A DNA stretch of 64,000 nt from an uncultured Chloroflexia bacterium (GTDB lineage: Bacteria; Chloroflexota; Limnocylindria; Limnocylindrales; CSP1-4). A program made the translations under genes and the position numbers. Position 1 is the first letter of the stretch; each line of letters starts with the position of its first letter. Below are positions 27,477-42,205 of this stretch, piece by piece. Under the pieces are notes generated by a model. The model saw only the letters and a list, made by a program, of their open reading frames with translations. It did not search any database and was not told where the DNA came from. The stretch is from the NCBI GenBank assembly GCA_963748625.1, contig CAVVJT010000007.1:1184001-1248000 (forward strand), given 5' to 3'.

Positions 27477-29020
27477 TGCCGGAAGTGCCGCCGGCCGGTG
27501 AAGACCATGGCGAGGTGGTGCCGGTCGGCGACCTCGATCGCCATCTCGTCGCGGATGGAGCCGCCGGGCTGGATGATCGCGGTGACCCCGGCGTTGGCGG
27601 CCACCTGGATGCCGTCAGGGAATGGGAAGTAGGCGTCGGACGCCATCACCGACAGCTTCGCGCGGTCGCCCGCCCGCCGGAGGGCGATGTCCACGGACAC
27701 GTTCCGCGACGCCTGCGCCGCCCCGATGCCCACGGTCGCCGCATTCCGGGCCAGCACGATGGCGTTCGACCGCACGTGGCGCACGGCGCGCCAGGCGAAC
27801 AGGAGGTCCGTGAGCTCGCCCAGCGTGGGGTGGCGACGGGTCACCACCTGGAGCTGGCCGCGGTCGAGATCGACGGCATCGAGGCCCTCGACCAGGAGCC
27901 CGCCGCCAACGCGCTTGAAGTCCAGGTTCGCGATGCCGTAGTCGCGCATGCCGGAGGTGGGGTCGGCCGGCACCGACAGCAGCTCCAGGCCGGGCTTGGC
28001 ACGCAGGATGCCCAGCGCCGACTGGCTGAAGCCCGGGGCGATGACGGCCTCGAAGGAGTTGGCCGCGATCTCGCGGGCGGTGGCGCCGTCGACCTCCCGG
28101 TTCACGCCGATGATCCCGCCGAACGATGACACGGGGTCCGTCTCCAGCGCGCGCCGGTAGGCCTCGACCAGCTCTTCCGCGGAGGCGATGCCCACAGGAT
28201 CGGTGTGCTTGGTGACCACGACCGTGGGCGCCATGTAGTCGCGCGCGATCTGGAAGGCGGCATCGAGGTCCAGCAGGTTGTTGAAGGTGGGCGCCTCACC
28301 GTGCAGCTGCTCCGCGTCGGCCAGGCCGCCCGTGCGATGGGTGGTCTCGCGGTAGAAGGCGGCGCGCTGGTGAGGGTTCTCGCCGTACGGCAGGTCCGCC
28401 ACCTTCTCGAGGACGATGGCCATGCGCTGCGGATAGATGTTGTTCGAGATCTGGTTGAGGTAGGCCGCGATCTCCGCGTGGTAGGCGGCGACCGTGCTGA
28501 AGGCGTCCGCAGCGAGGCGGTAGCGGGTGTCGGCGCTGACCTGGCCGAGGGTCTTGAGCTCCTCGAGCACCGGGCCGTAGCGGGTGGGCGAGGCGATCGC
28601 GACCACGCCGGCGGCATTGCGGGCGGCGGAGCCCAGGAGCGCGGCTCCGGCGACATCGATGAGCTCGATGGCCTCGTCGATGCCGATGTGGCGCCTGCCG
28701 ACCTCCGGCGCGAACGGCTTCACATTGACCACGACCAGGTCGATCAGGCCGATGCCGTGCTCAGCGAGCTGCTCGAGCTGCTCGGGCCGGTCGCGGCGGG
28801 CGAGGATGCCCGCGTAGATGGCGGGGTGGAAGGTGCGGACCTGGCCTCCGACCAGCGGCGGGACCTCGGTCAGATCCGAGACGGAGGCCACGTCGATCCC
28901 GTCGGCAGCAAGATGCTCGCGGGTGCCGTCGGTCGCATACAGCTCGACGCCCAGCGCCAGCAGCTCACGGGCGAAAGCGGAAATCCCATCGCGGTTGGCG
29001 ACCGACAGCAGCGCACGCAC
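27473..29020 (-). CDS. purH: Bifunctional AICAR transformylase/IMP cyclohydrolase, divergent
   Basis: [47 protein letters not shown]. Confidence 0.88.
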   Translation of the reverse strand: MRALLSVANRDGISAFARELLALGVELYATDGTREHLAADGIDVASVSDLTEVPPLVGGQVRTFHPAIYAGILARRDRPEQLEQLAEHGIGLIDLVVVNVKPFAPEVGRRHIGIDEAIELIDVAGAALLGSAARNAAGVVAIASPTRYGPVLEELKTLGQVSADTRYRLAADAFSTVAAYHAEIAAYLNQISNNIYPQRMAIVLEKVADLPYGENPHQRAAFYRETTHRTGGLADAEQLHGEAPTFNNLLDLDAAFQIARDYMAPTVVVTKHTDPVGIASAEELVEAYRRALETDPVSSFGGIIGVNREVDGATAREIAANSFEAVIAPGFSQSALGILRAKPGLELLSVPADPTSGMRDYGIANLDFKRVGGGLLVEGLDAVDLDRGQLQVVTRRHPTLGELTDLLFAWRAVRHVRSNAIVLARNAATVGIGAAQASRNVSVDIALRRAGDRAKLSVMASDAYFPFPDGIQVAANAGVTAIIQPGGSIRDEMAIEVADRHHLAMVFTGRRHFRH

Positions 29021-29209
29021 CTGCGCAGGTCCTCCTCGGGCGGCTCGCTCAGGCTCGCACCGTGCGTCGGCCGGGGGTTCGAGAGCGGGTCCCTGGGGCC
29101 GTCGCGCGGGCGGGCGCGTTGTGGCGGCGAGTATACCCCGCCCTCGTGGCATACTCGGCTCGCCCATCAGCGAGGCCGGGACCTCCGGCGGTTGTGGAGA
29201 ACCACGCGC

Positions 29210-29641
29210 GTGAACCTGCTCCCCTGGGAGTATCTCTTCCAGTCCTTCGACGGCTTGAACTTCCCGGACCTGTACATGCCCATCCTCGTGGCGAGCATCG
29301 CGATGCTCATCGTGACGGTGGTGGTGTACAACGTCCGCACCCGCCAGCTCCACCGGCACGTCATCTACGTGCAGATGTACGAGTGGCTGCTGTGGACCGG
29401 TGTGATCACGTACAGCCTCTTGATCACCGCCTGGATCTTCCGATTCGATTTCATCCTCGTGCTGGCGACGCTGATCGTGGGCCTGGGGACGATGGTCTGG
29501 ATCCGGTTCTTCCGGTTCCCGCCCTACTTCGCCGCATACGAGCGGCAGCTGGCCAAGGCGCGCTACTACTCGCGCGACAAGTTCAGCCACCCGGAGAGCA
29601 CGATCCGCGCCAAGTCATCGCGCCGGCGCCGCCGCCGCTAG
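29210..29641 (+). CDS. Hypothetical membrane protein (3 TM, basic C-terminus)
   Basis: Hydrophobic segments, strong codon bias, ends SSRRRRRR. Confidence 0.7.
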   Translation: MNLLPWEYLFQSFDGLNFPDLYMPILVASIAMLIVTVVVYNVRTRQLHRHVIYVQMYEWLLWTGVITYSLLITAWIFRFDFILVLATLIVGLGTMVWIRFFRFPPYFAAYERQLAKARYYSRDKFSHPESTIRAKSSRRRRRR

Positions 29642-29658
29642 AGGCCGGAGCGTCCCCG

Positions 29659-30138
29659 ATGCCGATCGAGATCCGGCGGTTCGGGGTCGGGCACCGGCGT
29701 CCTGACGGTCCGCCGGGAACGGTGGGGATCGAGGGGCAGGTCATCGAGAGCGGCCCGTACGGCGTCGTCGCCGAGCTCGCCTTCGGCCGCAACGCGCGCA
29801 TCACGCCCCACACGAACCCGAACCACGCGTGGTTCGTGGTGATCGAGGGTGGCGGCTGGGTAGGCGTCGGCGATGAGCGGGCGCGGATCCAGGCCGGGGA
29901 CGCCGTGCTGTGGCCGCCTGACGTGCTCCATGCCGCGTGGACCGAGGGGACACAGATGCGGGCGATCGTCGTGGAGCTTCCCGGGCCGACGCTGGCGTTG
30001 CCGCCGGTGGTCGAAGGGGCAGCGGTGGCCGTGGTGGTGCCACCTTCTCGCGCTGGTCGCGGTGAAGGGGCGCTGCGGCCGCGGCCGGCCGATCCGACGG
30101 CGCACCGGTCCGGTGGCGAGGACGGCGAACCCCTCTAG
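29659..30138 (+). CDS. Cupin domain protein
   Basis: PHTNP..WFVVIEGGG..V...IQAGDAVLWP..VLH. Confidence 0.78.
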   Translation: MPIEIRRFGVGHRRPDGPPGTVGIEGQVIESGPYGVVAELAFGRNARITPHTNPNHAWFVVIEGGGWVGVGDERARIQAGDAVLWPPDVLHAAWTEGTQMRAIVVELPGPTLALPPVVEGAAVAVVVPPSRAGRGEGALRPRPADPTAHRSGGEDGEPL

Positions 30139-30153
30139 GCCCGCTCCGATCTG

Positions 30154-31275
30154 TCAGCCGGCGCCCAGGATCGCCCGCACTTCGTGCGCGATCTCGAGGT
30201 CCTCGCGGGCCCGGATGACCAGCGACCGGACCGGGGCATCCTCCCGCCCGATGGCGGCATCCGGGACAGCGGCGGCGTTCGCTGCCATGTCCAGCCCGAC
30301 GCCCAGGTAGCCCAACTCGCGCGCTGCAAGCTCCCGGATCGCGGCCGAGTTCTCCCCGACCCCGCCCGTGAACAGGAGCACGTCGAGTCCGCCCATCGCG
30401 GCCGTCATCGAGGCGATCGAGCCACGCAGCCGATGGACGTAGACGTCGCGCGCCAGGACGGCCGTGGTGTCGCCGGCATCGGCGGCGTCGAGCACGCTGC
30501 GCATGTCGGCCACGCCGGCCAGTCCCAGCAGGCCCGAGCGGTGTTCCAACGTGGACGCGAGCTCCGCCGGTGGCATCCGCACGTGCTCCAGCAGCCAGAT
30601 GACGAGGCCGGGGTCCACCGTCCCCGACCGGGTCGCCATGACGAGCCCCTCGAGGGGCGTGAAGCCCATGGTGGTGTCCACGGAGCGGCCGCCCGCCACC
30701 GCCGCGAGCGACGCGCCGGCGCCGAGGTGGCAGCTGACGATCCGCAGGTCCTCCACCGGCCGCCCGACCATCTCCGCCGCCCGGCGCGAGGCATAGGCAT
30801 GCGAGAGTCCGTGGAAGCCGTAGCGGCGGAGGTCCCACCGCGTGCGCCACTCGGCCGGCAGCGCGTACGTGGTTGCGGCGGCCGGCATCGACGCATGGAA
30901 GGCGGTGTCGAAGCAGGCGACCGCAGGCACGCCCGGGAGCGCCTCGCTCACGGCCGCGAGCGCCGCGAGGGACTTCGGCTGGTGGAGCGGCGCAAGGTCG
31001 ATCAGCGCCCGCAACCGGTCCTCGACCCGGCCGTCCACGATCACCGGTCCCGAGTAGGTCGTCCCGCCGTGGACGATCCGGTGCCCGACGGCGGCGATGC
31101 TGCCGAACCCGCGCAGCGCATCGGTCAGCGCCGCGGTATCGAGCCGGCCCGCCGGGGCTGCCAGGTCCACGCTCGCGACAACGCCGTCCTGGTCGTCGAG
31201 GACACGCAGCTTGAGGCTGCTCGACCCCGCGTTGACGACGAGGATCGGCCCCAGCGAGGAGGTCAGCCCGGCCAT
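30154..31275 (-). CDS. ackA: Acetate kinase
   Basis: [59 protein letters not shown]. Confidence 0.94.
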   Translation of the reverse strand: MAGLTSSLGPILVVNAGSSSLKLRVLDDQDGVVASVDLAAPAGRLDTAALTDALRGFGSIAAVGHRIVHGGTTYSGPVIVDGRVEDRLRALIDLAPLHQPKSLAALAAVSEALPGVPAVACFDTAFHASMPAAATTYALPAEWRTRWDLRRYGFHGLSHAYASRRAAEMVGRPVEDLRIVSCHLGAGASLAAVAGGRSVDTTMGFTPLEGLVMATRSGTVDPGLVIWLLEHVRMPPAELASTLEHRSGLLGLAGVADMRSVLDAADAGDTTAVLARDVYVHRLRGSIASMTAAMGGLDVLLFTGGVGENSAAIRELAARELGYLGVGLDMAANAAAVPDAAIGREDAPVRSLVIRAREDLEIAHEVRAILGAG

Positions 31276-33665
31276 CGCCAGTCCGCGATCTCGGGCGAGT
31301 CCTCGCCCTCGAGCCGCGTGTACGCGCGCGCCTCGATCCGCTTGTCCACCATCAGCTGGCGGACATGGCCGGCCCGGGGTCCGAGACCCGGGACGCGGTC
31401 GATCACATCGATCACGAGGTGGTACCGGTCGAGGTCGTTGAGCATGACCATGTCGAACGGGGTGGAGGTGGTGCCCTCCTCCTTGTAGCCGCGCACATGG
31501 ATGTTGGGGTGGTTCGTCCGCCGGTAGGTGAGCCGGTGGATGAGCCACGGATAGCCGTGATAGGCGAAGACGACGGGCTTGTCGGTGGTGAACAGCGAGT
31601 CGAACTCGGCGTCCGAGAGCCCGTGCGGATGCTCGGATGCCGGCTGGAGGCGCATCAGGTCCACGACGTTGATGAAGCGGACCTTGACGTCGGGCAGGTG
31701 TCGCCGCAGGAGGTCCACGGCCGCGAGTGCCTCGAGCGTGGGGATGTCACCAGCGGACGCGATCACGACATCGGGCTCGCCGCCCTGGTCGCTGCTCGCC
31801 CAGTCCCAGATGCCGATTCCCCGCGTGCAGTGGAGGATCGCCTGGTCCATCGAGAGCCAGTTGGGCGCGGGCTGCTTGCCGGCCACGATGACGTTCACGT
31901 AGTTCCGGCTGCGGAGGCAGTGATCGGCCACCGAGAGGAGCGTGTTCGCGTCGGGCGGCAGGTAGACGCGGATCACGTCGGACTTCTTGTTGACGACATG
32001 GTCGATGAAGCCCGGATCCTGGTGGCTGAACCCGTTGTGGTCCTGGCGCCACACGAGTGAGCTGAGCAGGTAGTTGAGCGATGCGATGGGCTGGCGCCAC
32101 GGGATGTCGCGGGTCACCTTGAGCCACTTCGCATGCTGGTTGAACATCGAGTCGACGATGTGGATGAAGGCTTCGTAGCAGTTGAAGACGCCGTGCCGGC
32201 CGGTGAGCAGGTAGCCCTCGAGCCAGCCCTGGCACTGGTGCTCGGACAGCATCTCCATCACCCGGCCGTCCGGGGAGAGGCCCTCGTCGGTGGGGACCAG
32301 CTCCGCCATCCAGGTGCGGTCGGTCACCTCCAGCACGGCGCCCAGCCGGTTCGACGCGGTCTCGTCCGGCCCGAAGACCCGGAAGGTCTCCATGTTCCTG
32401 GCCATCACGTCGCGCAGCCAGGTGCCCATCACGCGGGTCGCCTCGGCGATGGTCACGCCGGGCGCAGGGACATCCACCGCATACGAGCGGAAGTCGGGCA
32501 GGGCGAGGTCGCGCAGGAGGATGCCGCCGTTGGCGTGCGGGTTGGCGCTCATCCGCCGGTAGCTCTTGGGCGGCAGGTCCGCGAGCTCGGGGAGCAGGGC
32601 GCCGTCCGCGTCGAACAGCTCCTCGGGCTTGTAGCTGCGCATCCAGGTCTCGAGGATGTCCCGGTTCCGGGCGTTCTTCCGGACCTCGCTCATCGGCACC
32701 TGGTGCGAGCGCCAGTTGCCCTCGACCGGCTTGCCGTCGATCTCCTTGGGGCCGGTCCAGCCCTTGGGCGTCCGCAGCACGATCATCGGCCAAGCCGGAC
32801 GCTCCACGACGCCGTCCTCGCGGGCCGCCTTCTGGATCGCGTGGATCTCGGTGACCACGGTGTCCAGGGTCGCCGCCATCTGCTGGTGGACACGCGCAGG
32901 ATCGTCGCCCTCGACGAAGTACGGCTTGTAGCCGTAGCCCTCCATGAGCGCTGCCAACTCCTCCTTCGGGATCCGCGCGAGCACCGTGGGGTTCGCGATC
33001 TTGTAGCCGTTGAGATGGAGGATCGGCAGGACGGCGCCGTCGCGAGCGGGATCGATGAACTTGTTCGAATGCCAGCTGGTGGCCAGGGGTCCCGTCTCGG
33101 CCTCGCCGTCGCCCACGACCGCGCACACGACGAGGTCCGGGTTGTCGAACGCTGCGCCGTACGCGTGCGAGAGCGCATAGCCCAGCTCGCCGCCTTCGTG
33201 GATGGAGCCGGGGGTCTCGGGCGCCACGTGGCTCGGGATGCCGCCCGGGAACGAGAACTGGCGGAAGAGCTTGCGCAGACCCTCGGCATCGCGGGTGATG
33301 CTCGGGTAGACCTCGCTGTAGGTGCCCTCGAGGTACGCGTTGGCCACGATCCCGGGACCGCCGTGCCCGGGCCCGATGATGTAGATGGCATCGAGGTCCC
33401 AGTTCCGGATGACCCGGTTCATGTGGGCGTAGATGAAGTTCAGGCCCGGCGTGGTGCCCCAGTGGCCCAGGAGGCGCGGCTTCACGTGTTCCGGCAGCAG
33501 CGGCTCGCGCAGGAGTGGGTTGTCGAGCAGGTAGATCTGCCCTACCGAGAGGTAGTTGGCCGCGCGCCAGTAGGCGTCGATCCTGGCGAGGTCGCTGCTC
33601 GAGAGGGGCGTGGCGTCGGCGCCGATGGTGACGGCGGTCGCCAGGGTCGAGGGCTGGAGGGTCAC
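31263..33665 (-). CDS. xfp: Phosphoketolase (Xu5P/F6P)
   Basis: [46 protein letters not shown]. Confidence 0.96.
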   Translation of the reverse strand: MTLQPSTLATAVTIGADATPLSSSDLARIDAYWRAANYLSVGQIYLLDNPLLREPLLPEHVKPRLLGHWGTTPGLNFIYAHMNRVIRNWDLDAIYIIGPGHGGPGIVANAYLEGTYSEVYPSITRDAEGLRKLFRQFSFPGGIPSHVAPETPGSIHEGGELGYALSHAYGAAFDNPDLVVCAVVGDGEAETGPLATSWHSNKFIDPARDGAVLPILHLNGYKIANPTVLARIPKEELAALMEGYGYKPYFVEGDDPARVHQQMAATLDTVVTEIHAIQKAAREDGVVERPAWPMIVLRTPKGWTGPKEIDGKPVEGNWRSHQVPMSEVRKNARNRDILETWMRSYKPEELFDADGALLPELADLPPKSYRRMSANPHANGGILLRDLALPDFRSYAVDVPAPGVTIAEATRVMGTWLRDVMARNMETFRVFGPDETASNRLGAVLEVTDRTWMAELVPTDEGLSPDGRVMEMLSEHQCQGWLEGYLLTGRHGVFNCYEAFIHIVDSMFNQHAKWLKVTRDIPWRQPIASLNYLLSSLVWRQDHNGFSHQDPGFIDHVVNKKSDVIRVYLPPDANTLLSVADHCLRSRNYVNVIVAGKQPAPNWLSMDQAILHCTRGIGIWDWASSDQGGEPDVVIASAGDIPTLEALAAVDLLRRHLPDVKVRFINVVDLMRLQPASEHPHGLSDAEFDSLFTTDKPVVFAYHGYPWLIHRLTYRRTNHPNIHVRGYKEEGTTSTPFDMVMLNDLDRYHLVIDVIDRVPGLGPRAGHVRQLMVDKRIEARAYTRLEGEDSPEIADWRWPG

Positions 33666-33803
33666 GGGTCGATCCCTTGCGTACGGATTGGCACCAGTCT
33701 ACGACCGCCCATTGACGCCAGATGACGGGCTGTCACCTCGTGTGCAGCGGGTCCTGGGCCATGGCCCGGCCTCCTCGTCTGGGGCGGCCATGCGCCCCGC
33801 CGC

Positions 33804-34469
33804 CTACGCCTCCGGTGCCTGCGCCCCGTCGCGACCGAGCCACGCCCCGAGCCCGCCGAGCACGCGGGCCGTCATGCCCCACACGTTGAGCCCGTCCACC
33901 GGGTACGCGGCGTACGTCAGGTCCCAGCCCCGGATCACGCGCCGTACCTGCACCAGCGGCGCGTCCGGGAGGAATGCCGCGACCGGCGGCTCAAGGATCG
34001 CCGCCACCTCGCTCACCTGGGCTGCCATCATCGGACGCCGCTCCGCCACCGCGACCACTGGTGTGACGGCGAAGTTGGACACGGGAACCCATTGGATCGA
34101 CAGCGTGCCGAGCACCCGCACTCCCGCCTGCGCGGGGTCAAGGCCCACCTCCTCGGCCGCCTCGCGAAGCGAGGTGGCCACGATGTCCGCGTCATCGGGC
34201 TCGGCGCGGCCGCCCGGGAACGAGACCTCGCCCGAGTGGTGGCCGCCCCGATCGGCGCGCTCGGTGAGGACGAGGCGCGCAACCCCGTCGGCGTCCGGGT
34301 AGATCAGAACGAGGACCGCGGCCGGCCGGGCCGATGCGTCAGCCTCGCCCCAGGAGGGCCGCGGCCGTGGGGCGCCGGTCTCGGCGAAGACCGGGATCAG
34401 CGCCTCGGGGGCGTCGGGCAGGGGATCAGGCAGTATCTTCAGCCGCCGGACGGCCTCGTCGAACCGCAT
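33804..34469 (-). CDS. Nudix hydrolase, CoA pyrophosphatase (NudL/PCD1) family
   Basis: AAVLV, LTERA..HSGEVSFPGG, SLREAAEEVG, VWGMTA. Confidence 0.9.
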   Translation of the reverse strand: MRFDEAVRRLKILPDPLPDAPEALIPVFAETGAPRPRPSWGEADASARPAAVLVLIYPDADGVARLVLTERADRGGHHSGEVSFPGGRAEPDDADIVATSLREAAEEVGLDPAQAGVRVLGTLSIQWVPVSNFAVTPVVAVAERRPMMAAQVSEVAAILEPPVAAFLPDAPLVQVRRVIRGWDLTYAAYPVDGLNVWGMTARVLGGLGAWLGRDGAQAPEA

Positions 34470-34481
34470 CAGGGCCGACCG

Positions 34482-34919
34482 TCAGCCGGTGGCGCCGGGC
34501 ACGATGACGCTGAATCCCTCGCGCCGCGCGGCCTCAGCGAGGCGAACATCGCAGGTGACGAAGGGCACGGTCGCGGGATTTGCGTCGGCCATCAGAGTCG
34601 CCGCGGCGAGCTGGAGTGCATCGCCGGCGCGCAGTTGGTGGACGCGCAGCAACCTGTTCGCTGATCGACGCACCGTGGGCGCCGGTTGTACCTCCTGCCA
34701 CGACGAGGCGAGTGTGTCCAAACGGGCCAGCGCGGCGGTCACTTCAATGCTCGTCAGCGATCCTGACCGTTCCAGCCGCGAGATGGCCGAGACGCACTCC
34801 GTCTCCGTTCCCCACCACGCCGCTACAGCCTCGTCCGTTGCCATGAGCTGAAGTGCGGCCTCGCTGGCCGGCTGGCCGGTCAGCAGGGGAACGATCGCGG
34901 AGCTGTCCCAGAACCTCAC
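34482..34919 (-). CDS. VapC-like PIN-domain toxin
   Basis: FWDSSA, E.., LRAGDALQLA, FVTCD.RL..AA..EGF. Confidence 0.88.
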   Translation of the reverse strand: MRFWDSSAIVPLLTGQPASEAALQLMATDEAVAAWWGTETECVSAISRLERSGSLTSIEVTAALARLDTLASSWQEVQPAPTVRRSANRLLRVHQLRAGDALQLAAATLMADANPATVPFVTCDVRLAEAARREGFSVIVPGATG

Positions 34920-35206
34920 CGGCCGCTCCGGCGCTCTTCGAGAAGCGCATCGACCACCGAGACTCCCGAGGCCGGGATCGGAGGCAGCTTCAGGAAGCCG
35001 GGCGGAAGCTTGCCCGAACCCCGCTTGAGCAGGCCCATGCGCTCCAGGCGGCGCAGGTGGCCCTCGGGATCCGTCAGCGCGGTCACCGGCTCCAGCCGGG
35101 CCACGGGCACGCCGCGGTCCAGGATCACGATCGTCTCGCCGGCCTTCACCCGGTCGATCAGCGCGGAGAGCCCGTTCTTGACCTCGGTGATCGTCGCAGT
35201 CGTCAT
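34916..35206 (-). CDS. Phd/YefM family antitoxin
   Basis: TITEVKNGLSALIDRVKAGETIVILDRGVPVARL; overlaps the toxin start. Confidence 0.88.
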   Translation of the reverse strand: MTTATITEVKNGLSALIDRVKAGETIVILDRGVPVARLEPVTALTDPEGHLRRLERMGLLKRGSGKLPPGFLKLPPIPASGVSVVDALLEERRSGR

Positions 35207-35225
35207 CTGGCTAGAATAGCCAGAT
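35205..35225. promoter_or_regulatory. Palindromic toxin-antitoxin operator containing the -10 box
   Basis: Perfect ATCTGGCTA-gaa-TAGCCAGAT; minus-strand TATTCT lies 6 nt upstream of the ATG. Confidence 0.7.
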
Positions 35226-35270
35226 CGATCCGGCGCAACAAGCCCTATTCCGGCGTCACAACCCCTGATC

Positions 35271-38012
35271 CTAGTTGACGAGGTCGCCACCGTCGCGCTT
35301 GGGCGTCGTTGCCTCCTCGAGCGGGGGCAGGTCGAACGCCGAGGGCCGGTCCTCCTCACCGCCCGCGCCGGCCGTCCGAGCGTCCCGCCGGATGCCCGCA
35401 TCCGCGACCACCGTGGACGACGCGCTCGAGAACACCAGTGCCCCCGCCACCGGGTCCGCGTCCGCCAGCACCAGGTCGCCCGCCTTGAACGTCCCGCCGA
35501 GGAGCGCCCTCGCGAAGGGGTTCTCCACCAGCCGCTGGATCGTCCGCTTGAGCGGCCGCGCGCCGAAGGCGGCATCCGTGCCTTCCCGCACGATCAGCGC
35601 CCGGGCCGCCGGGGTCACCTCGAGGGCGAGCCCGTTGGCCGCGACCCGACCCTGCAGGTCGGCCAGGAGCAGGTCCACGATCGCGACGAGCTCCGCGTCG
35701 GTCAGCGCGTGGAACACGATGACCTCGTCGATCCGGTTGAGGAACTCCGGACGGAAGGCGCCACGCAGGTCGTCGGTGACCCGGCGCTTCATCGACGCGT
35801 AGTCCTCGCCGCCGGGGCGGCCGGCGAAGGCCATGATCTGCTGCGATCCGATGTTGGAGGTCATGATCACGACGGTGTTCTTGAAGTCCACCGTCCGCCC
35901 CTGCGAGTCGGTCAGGCGGCCGTCGTCGAGGACCTGGAGCAGGACGTTGAACACGTCCGGGTGCGCCTTCTCGATCTCGTCGAGCAGGATCACCTGGTAT
36001 GGCCGCCGCCGGACGGCCTCGGTCAGCTGGCCGCCCTCCTCGTAGCCGACGTAGCCCGGAGGCGCCCCGACCAGACGGGAGACCGCGAACTTCTCCATGT
36101 ACTCGGACATGTCGATGCGCACCATCGCCTGCTCGTCGTCGAACAGGAACTGGGCCAGCGCCCGCGCGAGCTCGGTCTTGCCGACGCCGGTGGGCCCGAG
36201 GAACAGGAACGACCCGATGGGCCGGCGCGGGTCCTTGAGTCCGGCGCGCGCGCGTCGGACGGCGTCGGACACGGCCTCGATGGCCTCGTCCTGGCCGATG
36301 ACCCGGGCGTGGAGCCGCTCCTCCATGTGGACGAGCTTCTCCAGCTCGCCCTCCATCAGGCGGGTGACCGGGATGCCCGTCCAGGCGCCCACGATCTCGG
36401 CGATGTCGTCGGCCGAGACCTCCTCCTTGAGCAGCGCACCGGGACCCTGGAGCGCGGCGATGGCCGCTTCCTGGGTCGCCTGGCGATCGGCCAGCTCGCG
36501 GGCCTTGCCGTACTTGAGCTCGGCGGCGGTGCCGTAGTCCGCCTCGCGCTCGGCCTGCTCGATGCGGACAGCTAGCTGTTCGATCTCGGACTTGGTCTCG
36601 CGCAGCGCACCGATCGCGGACTTCTCCGCCTCCCAGCGCTGCTTCATGCCGCCGGCCTCCTCGGCCAGCTCGGCGAGCTCGCGCTCCAGGGCGTCGAGGC
36701 GCGCCTTCGACGCGTCGTCGGTCTCCTTGCGCAGCGCCTCGCGCTCGATCTCCAGCTGGATCCGCCGGCGCTCCAGCTCGTCGAGCGCCACCGGCATGGA
36801 ATCGATCTCCATCCGGAGCCGGCTCGCGGCCTCGTCCACCAGGTCGATCGCCTTGTCCGGCAGGAAGCGCTCGGTGATGTAGCGGTTGGACAGCGTGGCC
36901 GCCGCCACCAGCGCGGAGTCCGTGATCCGGACGCCGTGGTGCACCTCGTACCGCTCGCGGAGGCCGCGCAGGATCGAGATGGTCTCCTCGACCGTCGGCT
37001 GGTCCACCATCACCGGCTGGAAGCGCCGCTCGAGCGCCGCGTCCTTCTCGATGTGCTTGCGGTACTCGTCGAGCGTGGTCGCGCCGATGGTGTGGAGCTC
37101 CCCGCGCGCGAGCATCGGCTTGAGCAGGTTGGACGCGTCCATCGCGCCTTCGGCCGCGCCGGCCCCCACGACGGTGTGGAGCTCGTCGATGAACAGGATC
37201 ACCCGCCCCTCGGCGTCCTTGATCTCCTTGAGGACGGCCTTGAGACGCTCCTCGAACTCGCCGCGGAACTTGGCGCCCGCGATGAGCGCGCCGAGGTCCA
37301 GCGAGACGACCTTCTTGTCCTTCAGGGTCTCGGGGACGTCGCCACGCACGATGCGCTGGGCGAGGCCTTCGGCGATGGCGGTCTTGCCGACGCCGGGCTC
37401 GCCAATCAGCACGGGGTTGTTCTTGGTGCGCCGGCTCAGGACCTGGATGACGCGCCGGATCTCCTCGTCCCGCCCGATCACCGGGTCCAGCTTGCCGGCG
37501 CGCGCCTCGGTGGTGAGGTCGCGACCGTACTTCTCGAGCGCCTGGTAGGTGCTCTCGGGGGTGGCGGTGGTCACGCGCTGGCCGCCGCGGACACCCTGGA
37601 GCGCGGTGAGGATCTGCTCCTTGCCCGCGCCGTGCCGCTCGAGCAGCTTCTGGGTGTCGCCGCCCACCTCGGCCGCGCCGATGAGCAGGTGCTCGGTGGA
37701 GGTGTACTCGTCGCCGAGGCGGCGAGCCTCCTCCTGGGCGCGGTCGATGATGCGCTTGGCGCGCGGATCCAGCGCGAGGTTGCCGCCCTGGATGCGGGCC
37801 CGGCGCGTGAGGGTGGCGGCGAGCTCGCCACGGAACGCGGCCAGGTCCACGCCCAGGCGCCGGAGCGTCTCGGCGGGGATGCCGTCGTCGGGCTCGACGA
37901 GGGCAGCGAGCAGGTGCTCCGCGTCGAGCGTGGGGCTCTGCATCCGCTCCGCGAGCGACTGGGCGTTGACGATGGCCTCCTGGGCCTTCTCGGTGAAGCG
38001 ATCGAGTTGCAT
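35271..38012 (-). CDS. clpB: ATP-dependent disaggregase ClpB
   Basis: Two Walker A motifs ([16 protein letters not shown]), coiled-coil middle domain, GARPLKR. Confidence 0.96.
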   Translation of the reverse strand: MQLDRFTEKAQEAIVNAQSLAERMQSPTLDAEHLLAALVEPDDGIPAETLRRLGVDLAAFRGELAATLTRRARIQGGNLALDPRAKRIIDRAQEEARRLGDEYTSTEHLLIGAAEVGGDTQKLLERHGAGKEQILTALQGVRGGQRVTTATPESTYQALEKYGRDLTTEARAGKLDPVIGRDEEIRRVIQVLSRRTKNNPVLIGEPGVGKTAIAEGLAQRIVRGDVPETLKDKKVVSLDLGALIAGAKFRGEFEERLKAVLKEIKDAEGRVILFIDELHTVVGAGAAEGAMDASNLLKPMLARGELHTIGATTLDEYRKHIEKDAALERRFQPVMVDQPTVEETISILRGLRERYEVHHGVRITDSALVAAATLSNRYITERFLPDKAIDLVDEAASRLRMEIDSMPVALDELERRRIQLEIEREALRKETDDASKARLDALERELAELAEEAGGMKQRWEAEKSAIGALRETKSEIEQLAVRIEQAEREADYGTAAELKYGKARELADRQATQEAAIAALQGPGALLKEEVSADDIAEIVGAWTGIPVTRLMEGELEKLVHMEERLHARVIGQDEAIEAVSDAVRRARAGLKDPRRPIGSFLFLGPTGVGKTELARALAQFLFDDEQAMVRIDMSEYMEKFAVSRLVGAPPGYVGYEEGGQLTEAVRRRPYQVILLDEIEKAHPDVFNVLLQVLDDGRLTDSQGRTVDFKNTVVIMTSNIGSQQIMAFAGRPGGEDYASMKRRVTDDLRGAFRPEFLNRIDEVIVFHALTDAELVAIVDLLLADLQGRVAANGLALEVTPAARALIVREGTDAAFGARPLKRTIQRLVENPFARALLGGTFKAGDLVLADADPVAGALVFSSASSTVVADAGIRRDARTAGAGGEEDRPSAFDLPPLEEATTPKRDGGDLVN

Positions 38013-38048
38013 GGTCAGGTCTCGGGTATAGGGTGCGATGCGGCAGGC

Positions 38049-39155
38049 TCAGCCGGCCGCGCGTGGATCGGGCTGGGCGACCAGGTCAAGGAAGGCGGTC
38101 GCCGCCTCCTTCGCCGGATCGTCGAGGGGGGCGGGGAGCACGACGCGGACCTTCACGTACAGGTCGCCGGTGCCCTCCGCCTTGAAGCGGGGCATGCCCT
38201 GCCCCTTGAGGCGGATGGTCTTGCCGCCCTGTGTCCCGGCCGGGATCGTCAGGAGCAGGCGGCCCTTGAGCGTGGCGACGGGGACCTCGCCCCCCAGAAG
38301 CGCCTCGCGCAGCGTGACCGGGAGCTCGCGCTCCAAGTCCGCGCCCCGGCGCGTGAACACGTCGTGCGGGCGCACGCGCACGCTGACCACGACGTCCCTG
38401 CCGCCCGGCCCTTTGCCGGACAGGCGGATGCGGGTGCCGGTGTCCGCTCCGCGTGGGATCTGGACCTCGAAGCGCTTGCCTTCGACGTCGACCACGCGGC
38501 TGGTGCCGTGGAACGCCTCCTCAAGCGAGAGGTCGGCGGGGGCCTCGACCTCACCCTTGGCGCGCCGGGACTGGTGCTGACGGCCGGTCGAGCCGTCGCT
38601 GTCGCTCCCGGACGAGCCCGCGTTCCGGCCCATGCCCCCGAGGATGTCGGAGAACGATGCCGAGCGGCGCGATGTGCGCCCCCCTGTGGCCGGGCGCGAT
38701 CCGGTCGCCGCGCCGGCCGCGCCGGTCGCGGCGCCGTCGAAGAACATGCGGAAGAAGTCCGAGAAGTCAGGATCGCCGCCGACCCCGCCCCCCGACGTCC
38801 GGTACTCGAAGCGGGAGCCTCCGGGTCCGCCGCCGGTGCCACCCGCCGCCCCGAACCCGCCGAAGCCCGCAAACGGACCGCCCGGTCCGAAGGGATCGGC
38901 GCCGCCCCGTCCACCGCCTGTGCGCTGGTACTGGTCCCAGTTCGCGCCCAGGGCGTCGTACTGCTTGCGCTTGTCCGGATCGGACAGGACGGCATTCGCC
39001 TCGTTGAGGTCCTTGAACCGCTTCTCGGCGGACTTGTCGCCGGGGTTCCGGTCCGGATGGTGCTCGCGCGCGAGCTTGCGGAACGCCTTCTTGATGTCGG
39101 CCTGACTGGCCGACCTCGGCACTCCGAGGATCGCGTAGTAGTCGCGGTACTCCAT
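38049..39155 (-). CDS. DnaJ-class co-chaperone without zinc finger (CbpA-like)
   Basis: [11 protein letters not shown] motif, G/F-rich region, C-terminal domain, no CxxCxGxG. Confidence 0.92.
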   Translation of the reverse strand: MEYRDYYAILGVPRSASQADIKKAFRKLAREHHPDRNPGDKSAEKRFKDLNEANAVLSDPDKRKQYDALGANWDQYQRTGGGRGGADPFGPGGPFAGFGGFGAAGGTGGGPGGSRFEYRTSGGGVGGDPDFSDFFRMFFDGAATGAAGAATGSRPATGGRTSRRSASFSDILGGMGRNAGSSGSDSDGSTGRQHQSRRAKGEVEAPADLSLEEAFHGTSRVVDVEGKRFEVQIPRGADTGTRIRLSGKGPGGRDVVVSVRVRPHDVFTRRGADLERELPVTLREALLGGEVPVATLKGRLLLTIPAGTQGGKTIRLKGQGMPRFKAEGTGDLYVKVRVVLPAPLDDPAKEAATAFLDLVAQPDPRAAG

Positions 39156-39227
39156 CCTCAGTCCCCCAACCCCTGGAGGGACCGGCCCGTCGTCCGGACC
39201 GGCTCCCCCACGGGACCCGGGTTGCCC

Positions 39228-41723
<2,496 letters not shown>

Positions 41724-41796
41724 TCGGGTTCTCCCTGGTGGTGGGCCGACCCTGGGGCCGGCGGACGGTTCGGTGTGAGCTGGGTGGATGGGGACG

Positions 41797-42204
41797 CTAC
41801 GGGGTCTGGTCCGAACCGTCGTCCGGCCTGGGACCCGGGGGGGCAGGGGTTCGACCCGCCGCACGGCCTGCGCCGCTGGGCTGGTCCTCCCCCCTGTCAC
41901 GGGTCCCTTCGTCGTAGAGGGCCTCGAGGATCCTTTTGCCAAGGCGTTCCTCGAGCTCGAACAGGGTGCGAACCCCGGCGAGGTTCACGCCGCGGTCACG
42001 GGTGAGGTGCCGGATCCACAGGATCCGGCGGATGTCCTCCTCCGAGTAGAGGCGGATGTTGGTGGGTGTGCGTGCCGGACAGACCAGGCCCTCGTCCTCG
42101 TAGATCCGCAACGTCCTCGGGTGGGCGGACACGAGGGTCGCGGCCACGCTGATGACGTAGACGGGTCGAGTGGGGTCCCGGTCAGGCCGGCGCGCAGCCG
42201 ACAT
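41797..42204 (-). CDS. hspR: HspR-like MerR-family heat-shock repressor
   Basis: VYVISVAA.LV..HPRTLRIYE..GLV.PART..R.YS..D...GVNLAGV; chaperone operon context. Confidence 0.82.
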   Translation of the reverse strand: MSAARRPDRDPTRPVYVISVAATLVSAHPRTLRIYEDEGLVCPARTPTNIRLYSEEDIRRILWIRHLTRDRGVNLAGVRTLFELEERLGKRILEALYDEGTRDRGEDQPSGAGRAAGRTPAPPGPRPDDGSDQTP

Positions 42205-42205
42205 G

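Noticed and set aside
29021-29209. ZMP/ZTP riboswitch upstream of purH
   Set aside because: I could not find the conserved motif; the gap is a short divergent promoter region.
34482-35270. Toxin-antitoxin pair as part of a mobile element
   Set aside because: No transposase, integrase or flanking repeats; it looks like a stand-alone insertion.
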